Of a stretch of DNA of 64,000 bases, positions 1 to 8,400 are shown one piece after another; position 1 is the stretch's first letter, and every line of letters starts with the position of its first letter. The stretch covers positions 1 to 64,000 of the forward strand of contig CM039002.1 of assembly GCA_017499595.2 (NCBI GenBank), in the 5' to 3' direction. The notes under the pieces were generated by a model. It saw only the letters and a list, made by a program, of their open reading frames with translations, did not search any database and was not told the DNA's origin. This DNA is from Psilocybe cubensis. Lineage: Eukaryota. The position numbers were made by a program, and so were the translations under genes.

Positions 1-172
1 CTAAACCCTAAACCCTAAACCCTAAACCCTAAACCCTAAACCCTAAACCCTAAACCCTAAACCCTAAACCCTAAACCCTAAACCCTAAACCCTAAACCCT
101 AAACCCTAAACCCTAAACCCTAAACCCTAAACCCTAAACCCTAAACCCTAAACCCTAAACCCTAAACCCTAA
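1..172 (+). repeat. Terminal telomere tract (CCCTAAA)n = (TTTAGGG)n on the other strand; left chromosome end
   Basis: Uninterrupted 7-mer repeats from base 1, with the C-rich strand 5'-terminal. Confidence 0.97.
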
Positions 173-978
173 CCGTAAGTATTCCTTGCTATAAAGTAAC
201 AAACATCTACTTACAAGCAACACATTGGATTGAATAGCTAAACCTAAACCTAAACCCTAAACCCTAAACCCTAAACCCTAACCTAACCCCAACCCTAAGC
301 TAACTAAGTCTAACCTTAGTAGGAAGTAAGGTAGGCGTGTGAACTTCCGAACGGCATGTGATTGTGAAGGGCCGGATCTAATTTAGTACATGGGAAAAGT
401 TACTTAGTACTTCGGGAAAAGTTCCTTAGTACCGTGGAAACATTTTTGATGGACCGGATCATGAACTGTCCAATTAAGATTCACAACAATCAATCATTCT
501 ATTGTTTGATTGTTAGGTAAGGACCCAGGTAAGTTATTTATACTCTAGACATGTGAATATTCCCATGTCGCGGTTACTCGGAGCCACGTAACCAGAGTAA
601 TCTATATCCATGTGATTCACATCACAGTCAATAACCCACGATGTCAAAGAACAAAAGTGTTGGATCCACTTTTGACAGGTTACCATGTGCCACATCGACC
701 CGTGACACTCTGTTCATCAGAGACCTGTCTAACTTGACAATAAACATTGACAGATTTGTGATAGTCGGTAAGATACATGACAGCTGCGCAGCATCACTTC
801 ACGCGCTGTCATCGGATGTCTAGAACATTCCTTCTAAGAATAGCCACTGAAGAGTCTATAAAGACGAAAGGGCTGGTTGTTGGGATCCCCCAACAGCCCT
901 CTGGCTACTTTCCATTTAACTCCCAGTTTAAACTAGTCGCTCGCACCTCGCTTCGCTCGGTGCTCGCTCCCCCCCTAA
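167..978 (+). mobile_element. 5'-truncated Penelope-like 3'-end unit (pLTR) A
   Basis: Near-identical to 8255-9064; starts at the internal CCCTAA seed and ends at cgctccccccctaa. Confidence 0.92.
836..911 (+). ncRNA. Type I hammerhead ribozyme, copy 1 (predicted cleavage after C901)
   Basis: Stem I tagcca/tggcta; core CTGAAGA (847-853); stem II gtct-ataa-agac; GAAA (866-869); stem III gggctg...cagccc; CUC triplet. Confidence 0.92.
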
Positions 979-1002
979 ACCCTAAACCCTAAACCCTAAA
1001 AC

Positions 1003-1440
1003 CTCTTGACATGAGAATATTCCCATGTCACGGTTACTCGGAGCCACGTAACCAGAGTATTTTATATCCATGTGATTCACATCACAGTCAATAACCCACG
1101 ATGTCAAAGAACAAAAGTGTTGGATCCACTTTTGACAGGTTACCATGTGCCACATCGACCCGTGACACTCTGTTCATCAGAGATCTGTCTAACTTGACAA
1201 TAAACATTGACAGATTTGTGATAGTCGGTAAGATACATGACAGCTGCGCAGCATCACTTCACGCGCTGTCATCGGATGTTCCAGAACATTCCTTCTAAGA
1301 ATAGCCACTGAAGAGTCTATAAAGACGAAAGGGCTGGCTGCTGATAACAATCAACAGCCCTCTGGCCTTCTTTCCATTTAACTCACAGTTTAAACAAGTC
1401 GCTCGCACCTCGCTTCGCTCGGTGCTCGCTCCCCCCCTAA
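1003..1440 (+). mobile_element. 5'-truncated pLTR unit B (variant haplotype)
   Basis: Copy of the distal part of the 3' UTR, preceded by CCCTAAA repeats (~973-1000), same 3' end as the other units. Confidence 0.9.
1297..1372 (+). ncRNA. Type I hammerhead ribozyme, copy 2 (cleavage after C1362)
   Basis: Same core; stem III apex tgat-aaca-atca; stem I gcca/tggc extended by aagaa/ttctt. Confidence 0.9.
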
Positions 1441-1504
1441 ACCCTAACCCTAAACCCTAAACCCTAAACCCTAAACCCTAAACCCTAAACCCTAAACCCT
1501 AAAC

Positions 1505-2200
1505 CCTAACCTAACCCCAACCCTAAGCTAACTAAGTCTAACCTTAGTAGGAAGTAAGGTAGGCGTGTGAACTTCCGAAAGGCATGTGATTGTGAAGGGC
1601 CGGATCTAATTTAGTACATGGGAAAAGTTACTTAGTACCTCGGGAAAAGTTCCTTAGTACCGTGGAAACATTTTTGATGGACCGGATCATGAACTGTCCA
1701 ATTAAGATTCACAACAATCAATCAATTGATTGTTAGGTAAGGACCCAGGTAAGCTATTTATACTCTTGACATGAGAATATTCCCATGTCACGGTTACTCG
1801 GAGCCACGTAACCAGAGTATTTTATATCCATGTGATTCACATCACAGTCAATAACCCACGATGTCAAAGAACAAAAGTGTTGGATCCACTTTTGACAGGT
1901 TACCATGTGCCACATCGACCCGTGACACTCTGTTCATCAGAGATCTGTCTAACTTGACAATAAACATTGACAGATTTGTGATAGTCGGTAAGATACATGA
2001 CAGCTGCGCAGCATCACTTCACGCGCTGTCATCGGATGTTCCAGAACATTCCTTCTAAGAATAGCCACTGAAGAGTCTATAAAGACGAAAGGGCTGGCTG
2101 CTGATAACAATCAACAGCCCTCTGGCCTTCTTTCCATTTAACTCACAGTTTAAACAAGTCGCTCGCACCTCGCTTCGCTCGGTGCTCGCTCCCCCCCTAA
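1505..2200 (+). mobile_element. 5'-truncated pLTR unit C (variant haplotype)
   Basis: Follows an interstitial (CCCTAAA)n tract at ~1435-1510; matches ~8358-9064 with diagnostic variants. Confidence 0.9.
2057..2132 (+). ncRNA. Type I hammerhead ribozyme, copy 3 (cleavage after C2122)
   Basis: Same sequence as copy 2. Confidence 0.9.
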
Positions 2201-2277
2201 ACCCTAAACCCTAAACCCTAACCCTAAACCCTAAACCCTAAACCCTAAACCCTAAACCCTAAACCCTAAACCCTAAA

Positions 2278-2974
2278 CCCTAACCTAACCCCAACCCTAA
2301 GCTAACTAAGTCTAACCTTAGTAGGAAGTAAGGTAGGCGTGTGAACTTCCGAAAGGCATGTGATTGTGAAGGGCCGGATCTAATTTAGTACATGGGAAAA
2401 GTTACTTAGTACCTCGGGAAAAGTTCCTTAGTACCGTGGAAACATTTTTGATGGACCGGATCATGAACTGTCCAATTAAGATTCACAACAATCAATCAAT
2501 TGATTGTTAGGTAAGGACCCAGGTAAGCTATTTATACTCTTGACATGAGAATATTCCCATGTCACGGTTACTCGGAGCCACGTAACCAGAGTATTTTATA
2601 TCCATGTGATTCACATCACAGTCAATAACCCACGATGTCAAAGAACAAAAATGTTGGATCCACTTTTGACAGGTTACCATGTGCCACATCGACCCGTGAC
2701 ACTCTGTTCATCAGAGATCTGTCTAACTTGACAATAAACATTGACAGATTTGTGATAGTCGGTAAGATACATGACAGCTGCGCAGCATCACTTCACGCGC
2801 TGTCATCGGATGTTCCAGAACATTCCTTCTAAGAATAGCCACTGAAGAGTCTATAAAGACGAAAGGGCTGGCTGCTGATAACAATCAACAGCCCTCTGGC
2901 CTTCTTTCCATTTAACTCACAGTTTAAACAAGTCGCTCGCACCTCGCTTCGCTCGGTGCTCGCTCCCCCCCTAA
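2278..2974 (+). mobile_element. 5'-truncated pLTR unit D (variant haplotype)
   Basis: Follows interstitial telomeric repeats at ~2195-2283; nearly identical to unit C. Confidence 0.9.
2831..2906 (+). ncRNA. Type I hammerhead ribozyme, copy 4 (cleavage after C2896)
   Basis: Same sequence as copy 2. Confidence 0.9.
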
Positions 2975-3570
2975 ACCCTAAACCCTAAACCCTAAACCCT
3001 AAACCCTAAACCCTAACCTAACCCCAACCCTAAGCTAACTAAGTCTAACCTTAGTAGGAAGTAAGGTAGGCGTGTGAACTTCCGAACGGCATGTGATTGT
3101 GAAGGGCCGGATCTAATTTAGTACATGGGAAAAGTTACTTAGTACTTCGGGAAAAGTTCCTTAGTACCGTGGAAACATTTTTGATGGACCGGATCATGAA
3201 CTGTCCAATTAAGATTCACAACAATCAATCATTCTATTATTTGATTGTTAGGTAAGGACCCAGGTAAGCTATTTATACTCTAGACATGTGAATATTCCCA
3301 TGTCGCGGTTACTCGGAGCCACGTAACCAGAGTAATCTATATCCATGTGATTCACATCACAGTCAATAACCCACGATGTCAAAGAACAAAAGTGTTGGAT
3401 CCACTTTTGACAGGTTACCATGTGCCACATCGACCCGTGACACTCTGTTCATCAGAGACCTGTCTAACTTGACAATAAACATTGACAGATTTGTGATAGT
3501 CGGTAAGATACATGACAGCTGCGCAGCATCACTTCACGCGCTGTCATCGGATGTCTAGAACATTCCTTCT

Positions 3571-4577
3571 AAAGAATAGCCACTGAAGAGTCTATAAAGA
3601 CGAAAGGGCTGGTTGTTGGGATCCCCCAACAGCCCTCAAGTACTCGTCCTCTCCCAAACTCCTGCCGCTTGTGCCTTCCCAACTCATCCGGGAGCCCTTT
3701 CGTCACTGATCTTGCCCTTGACTCGGGGACGTTTCATCGACATGTTGGCTGCCTCACGGCAAGCGGGGCCCTTTTTCTTTCACTCGCTCACGCCTTCTAT
3801 GTTGGGTTACGGAGGTCATACAAACTCGTTTTAGTCTAGCTGCGGGGATATCCAGCTATGATGACTTTGTAATTCGAGGGCGCGCAGTTCTTCAATGGGT
3901 ATGGACATCAGGTGAGAGTACACTGGGGGTTGTCAGGACCAGCTCTGCTGGATACGCTCCTGGCAAGTCGGTTGCAGCCGACGACACTACCGAATTGCTG
4001 GGACGTCCTAAAGCTTGTGGGTACCGCCGACCGCTGGAAACAGCCTAGGCACCGGTGGCGACCGGGTATGGTAACAATCCCCAAGATTCAGCGAAAGCTG
4101 GAATGGATAATCAGCAGCGAATCCGTAACGGTCACGCCGACGGAAGCGTTCAACGACTAGGTGGTAGTGGGGTCTTCGGATCTTAAGATATAGTCTTGGG
4201 AGTGGGGAAACCCACATCTGGTATCTAAACCGCGCCTCGCTGCTTACGAGGACGGCCCGAAGTCCAGAACCGCTTAAAACGCGGGTGACCCGGCCTCCCC
4301 TTAGTAAAGGGAGTTAACACAAGGATGGACAAATAGTTCGTCGCCGGAAATGAACCTGTGGCTGTAATGGCTGATGTGGCGCCCCTTGGTAAAGGGCTTA
4401 AAGGGTATTAGCCTGCCATGTCCAATGGCATGAGAGTGTCCCTTGGTAAAGGACTTAATAGGCAATAGCCTGCTCTTTTGTCATGAGCGGTATGTAGTGA
4501 TCGTTTGCCTGTACGGTAGCGCCCATTGCTTGCACTGGTCCACGCCCGTAAAAAATCACGAGCCGCTGGCCTTCTTT
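3571..4577 (+). ncRNA. Split hammerhead ribozyme, copy 5 (3571-3636 joined to 4566-4577)
   Basis: 5' part ends ...aacagcccT at 3636; 3' part Ctggccttcttt resumes at 4566; the join equals 8918-8995. Confidence 0.9.
3637..4565 (+). ncRNA. Group I self-splicing intron, subgroup IC1-like, 929 nt, no homing endonuclease
   Basis: P aattgctggga (3993-4003); Q aatcagcagc (4109-4118); R gttcaacgactag (4148-4160); S aagatatagtc (4185-4195); P3 cactacc/ggtagtg (3985-3991/4163-4169); P7 GACTA/TAGTC; P5abc with an A-rich bulge; P8 gggtc-ttcg-gatct; P9 gtggg-gaaa-cccac; P1 with U3636.G3926; terminal G4565. Confidence 0.92.
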
Positions 4578-4679
4578 CTATTTCAAACTCACAGTTTAAA
4601 CTAGTCGCTCGCACCTCGCTTCGCTCGGTGCTCGCTCCCCCCCTAAACCCAACGACTTTGCTATCACCCATCAGTTACC

Positions 4680-5838
4680 ATGTCATCCCAATACTCTGCT
4701 GCATTCTCTCGTGCCATGTCCCCTACCCTGGACGCACTCACCCAGGCCGTCGTCAACAACACTGTCTTCGGCGTCAACGATGAAGCAGGCCGCCACAACG
4801 CTCTTATCGACGAGCTGGCCACTGTAGTCATCAAAAAAATAGCTGAGTGCCGCTCCGTTGACCAAGTCATAGACTGCGTCTTTTTTGACTATCGTGCTGC
4901 CCTCAGGGAGTTTCTCCTCAACCTCGCATCGTGGTGCGACAAGAGGGAAACAGTCAAGGCTAGCCTCGAGCGCCTTGAATCTGCCGTTAGCGCAGGCAAC
5001 ACGCCCAATCGCCTTAAGGTGAAGGCACCCGAGTTCCAACTTACGAAGGAATTCGCGGATGCCGGGTCAGCGGAGGCTCTTCGAGTCTCCACTACGTTCT
5101 CTTCCGCTCGTGATGCCTTCCAAAAGGCAATTAACGACGGCGCCGTTCAGGCGAAAAAGGACGAGCTGGCTTTTTGGGATGATAAATGCGCGCTCAACTC
5201 TTGCTACGAAGCTGCTGCCCTCATCGTTAAGGCAACTTACGATGATCGCAAATCCAGCTACAAGCTCCCTGTTTTCTCTACAGACAACAAGGGAGTTCGA
5301 CGTATAGCAGAGTGGGTAGTGTCTCCGCAAAAGAAAGCCGAATGCAGTGCGCTGCAAACTATACTGCCGGCGATCTTTTCTCATATCAAACAGATTGTCA
5401 ACATGCGCCACCGCGCCTTGGCAATTAAGATTGAGAAAAAGCGGACGACTGCGGCAACAGCCGATGTCGAGATGGCCGATGCGACCAAACCAGGTCCATC
5501 GATTCAATCCCTTATTGATAAGGGCTTGAATGCACGTCTCAAAAAGCTCAACCTTGGATCTGTGGGCAAGAAGGCAAGTTTTCGTAACCCTTCACCCATA
5601 ATTCTGGACACTAATTATTACTCTAATTACCCAGACTTTGTCTGGCCAGAATTCGTCCAAGGCTCCTCAACCTCAGGCCAGGAAAGCTGGCCCTTCGAAA
5701 CCCAAGTCGTCGTCGACGCCTTCGCAGAGGAAGCCTCAAACCAAGGCTTCCAACAAGGTCGACAACAAGAAGAAAGGGAAGGGGAGAGCTCCCGTCAAGA
5801 ACAACGATCCAAAGGGAAAGGGAAAGGCAAGAGCCTAG
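4680..5838 (+). CDS. Predicted spliced ORF1 (join 4680-5573, 5635-5838; 365 aa) with a Lys-rich basic C-terminus
   Basis: AAG|GCAAGT donor at 5574, ctaat branch-like sites, CCCAG acceptor at 5634; splicing links codon 298 in frame to the basic ORF 5638-5838. Confidence 0.7.
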
Positions 5839-8213
5839 ACGCGCGGTCTACTGTAGCATCATTTACGTCGGTGAGACCCGCCTTCCCCAACTCTATTCCT
5901 GACGATATACTCACCATGACTAAAACAGACGCAGTTTCTTTTGTACACCTCAATACCCCGATTTCATTCTTATTGGCTGGCCAGTATAGATCTAGTGTAC
6001 ACTGTAGTCCTGGTGTTTCGGTCCCTGTTGATGTAGCAAATGATTTATCTCTTGGACTCAATTATATGTTTTTTACACTGCCTTCTAAAAGTCTGATCAT
6101 GCAAGCATGGAATGATTTTCAACGAAGAATAAGATGGCGTATCTATTTTTTGTTTAAAGAAGGCATGAATAAACCTTTCGATCCAGACTATGGAGTAAGC
6201 TCTAAAAAGAAAGAGAAACCTCCAATGTTACCGCAATTTATGGAACTTGGCCTTTCAATGGGACGTCGGTACGTTATTAAAACGATCGCAAGTATCCCGG
6301 AAGAAGCCCTTAAAGAGATGCGAAAGCACGCGTTCTCTCCTAAAAGGGACAAGATCCAAAAGTTTCTTTTCGATAACAACTATGTTATTACGATGACAGA
6401 TAAGAATCTTGGCCTCGCGGTGTCTGAACGCGACTGGATATTAAGGAATGAGCTCAATCTTCTTGAAGATGAACGCAACTACGAAGAGTTAGAATTCGAA
6501 GTTGCGCAAGAAGTTATGAAGAGCAAAATGATTCAGATGCAAACTCTCGCACGTACCGTCGAAGATGAACATCTGTTTCTATTTGAACTTGGGTTGTCTC
6601 GATTCTTTCTATCGAATGTACCGGAAGACGGATCATCGTTCAAGTATCCTCAATTTCATGGTATACCTAAAATCCACAAGAAACCTACTGGATTTAGGCC
6701 CATAATTCCGTGTCACTCTGTAGTATTTAATCCTGCAGCCAAGTTTGTATCAAAAGAGCTTAAGCCGATTATTAAATCGACTCCTTCAATCATTCACGGA
6801 ACGAAGGATCTCTTTACGAGATTAAGCCAATTGCGTATAGACCCCAAACGACAATGGTATTTTGTCACCGGGGATGTAGTTGCTTTCTATCCCAATATTC
6901 CGTTGGACTTGTGCATCGAAATCGTTTGTAATATGTACGAGGAATGGTTACTCAACGCTTCGGAAGAAAACACTGCATTAGCCCATATTAATCCAAATTC
7001 GTTAGAGAATAACTTGGTTAAATTGGGCATCTTTAAACGTGCTATCGAGATTGGCAATACGCAATTGATAACACAACATGGGTCTAGATATTTTAGACAA
7101 AAAAATGGCCTCGCAATGGGCGTCGCGGATTCTCCGGACCTTGCTAACCTCTTTGGAGCCCATTTTGAAATAAAGTCAAAAATCTTAGACCACCCAAACG
7201 TGGCCTTCTATGGAAGGTACATCGACGATTGTTTCGCAATTGTTTACGCCGAGTCCGAAGCACTTGCACTTAATCTTATTAAAGAAACAATAAAGTTCGA
7301 TGGTTGTGTTATCGAATGGGCTGTTTCCTCGTCGGGATGTCAATTTCTCGATGCTTTCATATTCAAGGAGTCTGGAAAACTTCATTGGAAGCCATTTGTC
7401 AAGACAGGAAACAACCGAGAACGAGTTCCATGGGTATCACATCATCCTTTGGACGTCAAACGTGGCGTCTACATTGGAGAGTTATCCAGGTTAGCCGTGC
7501 TATGTAGTACCAAGGAAATCTACATCGGAGCAATTAGAGACCTTAACGCTCTCTATTTGATGCGCGGTTATCCCGAAAACCTAGTCATGTCTTGGTGTAA
7601 GAAGAATATACAAGAACGTTGGGAAAAGCGATTCGCTTTACGAGTCGCAGAGCACGACGAATCCATTCTTGTACTTAAAACCAGATTTGATCAGGTATGG
7701 AATTGGTTTTCAGCTGCTGAACTTGGAAAGACTGTTACCGAGTACTGGTCGGCATGGTATGAACATGCCGAGAAAGGTCTGTATAGTGCAGACTCGTCCA
7801 GACCCCTTATCAAACCAGATCCAAATTACGTTCACGACCTCGATGATGTTCGCCCGGAGCTGTTCACACAGATCCTCGTGGACGGAGAAACTGAGTTCGT
7901 ACCGGATTTGAGGAAGATAGGACTACTCGGAAGTCGTTGGATAGTATCGCGAAAGCGCAATACTAATCTTTTCGACCTTGCAAATGTGTGGAAGAAAACA
8001 GTCTTTCGTAAACTGGATGAAAACATCGCTGAAAAAGGTGGTGTTGTTCCCGAAACTCAAAACGTTAATGAAACTTATCATTCTGCTCTAGTTGAAGCTG
8101 CTGAACAGATAAGTATCGAAAGTGATAACGAGATAATACTTCATAGACGTTCAATCTCACAAGAGAGGGAACATCCAGAATTCGGCAGAATATCCAAATC
8201 TTACAACCGATGA
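4680..8213 (+). CDS. ORF1-reverse transcriptase fusion of a Penelope-like element (1177 aa, unspliced form)
   Basis: Motifs TDKNLG, FHGIPKIHK, FRPII, GDVVAFYPNI, QKNGLAMGVADSPDLANLF, YGRYIDDCF, QFLD, SHHP; no C-terminal GIY-YIG; helical N-terminal part. Confidence 0.93.
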   Translation: MSSQYSAAFSRAMSPTLDALTQAVVNNTVFGVNDEAGRHNALIDELATVVIKKIAECRSVDQVIDCVFFDYRAALREFLLNLASWCDKRETVKASLERLESAVSAGNTPNRLKVKAPEFQLTKEFADAGSAEALRVSTTFSSARDAFQKAINDGAVQAKKDELAFWDDKCALNSCYEAAALIVKATYDDRKSSYKLPVFSTDNKGVRRIAEWVVSPQKKAECSALQTILPAIFSHIKQIVNMRHRALAIKIEKKRTTAATADVEMADATKPGPSIQSLIDKGLNARLKKLNLGSVGKKASFRNPSPIILDTNYYSNYPDFVWPEFVQGSSTSGQESWPFETQVVVDAFAEEASNQGFQQGRQQEEREGESSRQEQRSKGKGKGKSLDARSTVASFTSVRPAFPNSIPDDILTMTKTDAVSFVHLNTPISFLLAGQYRSSVHCSPGVSVPVDVANDLSLGLNYMFFTLPSKSLIMQAWNDFQRRIRWRIYFLFKEGMNKPFDPDYGVSSKKKEKPPMLPQFMELGLSMGRRYVIKTIASIPEEALKEMRKHAFSPKRDKIQKFLFDNNYVITMTDKNLGLAVSERDWILRNELNLLEDERNYEELEFEVAQEVMKSKMIQMQTLARTVEDEHLFLFELGLSRFFLSNVPEDGSSFKYPQFHGIPKIHKKPTGFRPIIPCHSVVFNPAAKFVSKELKPIIKSTPSIIHGTKDLFTRLSQLRIDPKRQWYFVTGDVVAFYPNIPLDLCIEIVCNMYEEWLLNASEENTALAHINPNSLENNLVKLGIFKRAIEIGNTQLITQHGSRYFRQKNGLAMGVADSPDLANLFGAHFEIKSKILDHPNVAFYGRYIDDCFAIVYAESEALALNLIKETIKFDGCVIEWAVSSSGCQFLDAFIFKESGKLHWKPFVKTGNNRERVPWVSHHPLDVKRGVYIGELSRLAVLCSTKEIYIGAIRDLNALYLMRGYPENLVMSWCKKNIQERWEKRFALRVAEHDESILVLKTRFDQVWNWFSAAELGKTVTEYWSAWYEHAEKGLYSADSSRPLIKPDPNYVHDLDDVRPELFTQILVDGETEFVPDLRKIGLLGSRWIVSRKRNTNLFDLANVWKKTVFRKLDENIAEKGGVVPETQNVNETYHSALVEAAEQISIESDNEIILHRRSISQEREHPEFGRISKSYNR

Positions 8214-8326
8214 AAAGAATACTAGCGCGTAAGGCGTAAAGCATTAGAAAAAAACCCTAACCGTAAGTATTCCTTGCTATAAAGAAACAAACATCTACTT
8301 ACAAGCAACACTTTGGATTAAATAGC

Positions 8327-8400
8327 TAAACCTAAACCCTAAACCCTAAACCCTAAACCCTAACCTAACCCCAACCCTAAGCTAACTAAGTCTAACCTTA
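8327..8400 (+). repeat. Telomeric and degenerate telomeric repeats inside the element's 3' UTR
   Basis: ccctaaa x3-4 followed by ccctaacctaaccccaaccctaagctaactaagtctaacc; units C, D and the 5' pLTR begin at this tract. Confidence 0.85.

Noticed and set aside
641-823. Repeated 60-65 aa ORF (MSKNKSVG...) in every pLTR copy
   Set aside because: It recurs only because the unit is repeated; the end shifts frame between haplotypes, it overlaps hairpins and has no recognisable motif. Translation is not excluded but is unsupported.
1-3636. CRISPR-like repeat/spacer array
   Set aside because: Eukaryotic telomere; the 'spacers' are near-identical retroelement ends.
3613-4217. Short ORFs inside the intron (3613-3834, 3912-4160, 4008-4217) as a homing endonuclease
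   Set aside because: Too short, no LAGLIDADG, GIY-YIG or His-Cys motif, and two of them overlap the ribozyme core.
4290-4484. The repeated junction motif as tRNAs or as twister, pistol or HDV-type ribozymes
   Set aside because: The loop is vaguely D-loop-like, but there is no anticodon or T arm, and I could not place the conserved catalytic residues of those ribozyme classes.
3637-4565. The insert as a spliceosomal intron or a transposon insertion
   Set aside because: No GT/GC-AG ends, no TIRs, and no TSD beyond a 1-nt ambiguity; group I signatures explain it fully.
4680-8213. Telomerase (TERT) or LTR/LINE-type RT
   Set aside because: The motifs are PLE-type (DKNLG, GLAMG, YIDD, SHHP); no TERT T-motif, protease, integrase, RNase H or endonuclease is visible, and the repeats lack TG...CA ends and a PBS.
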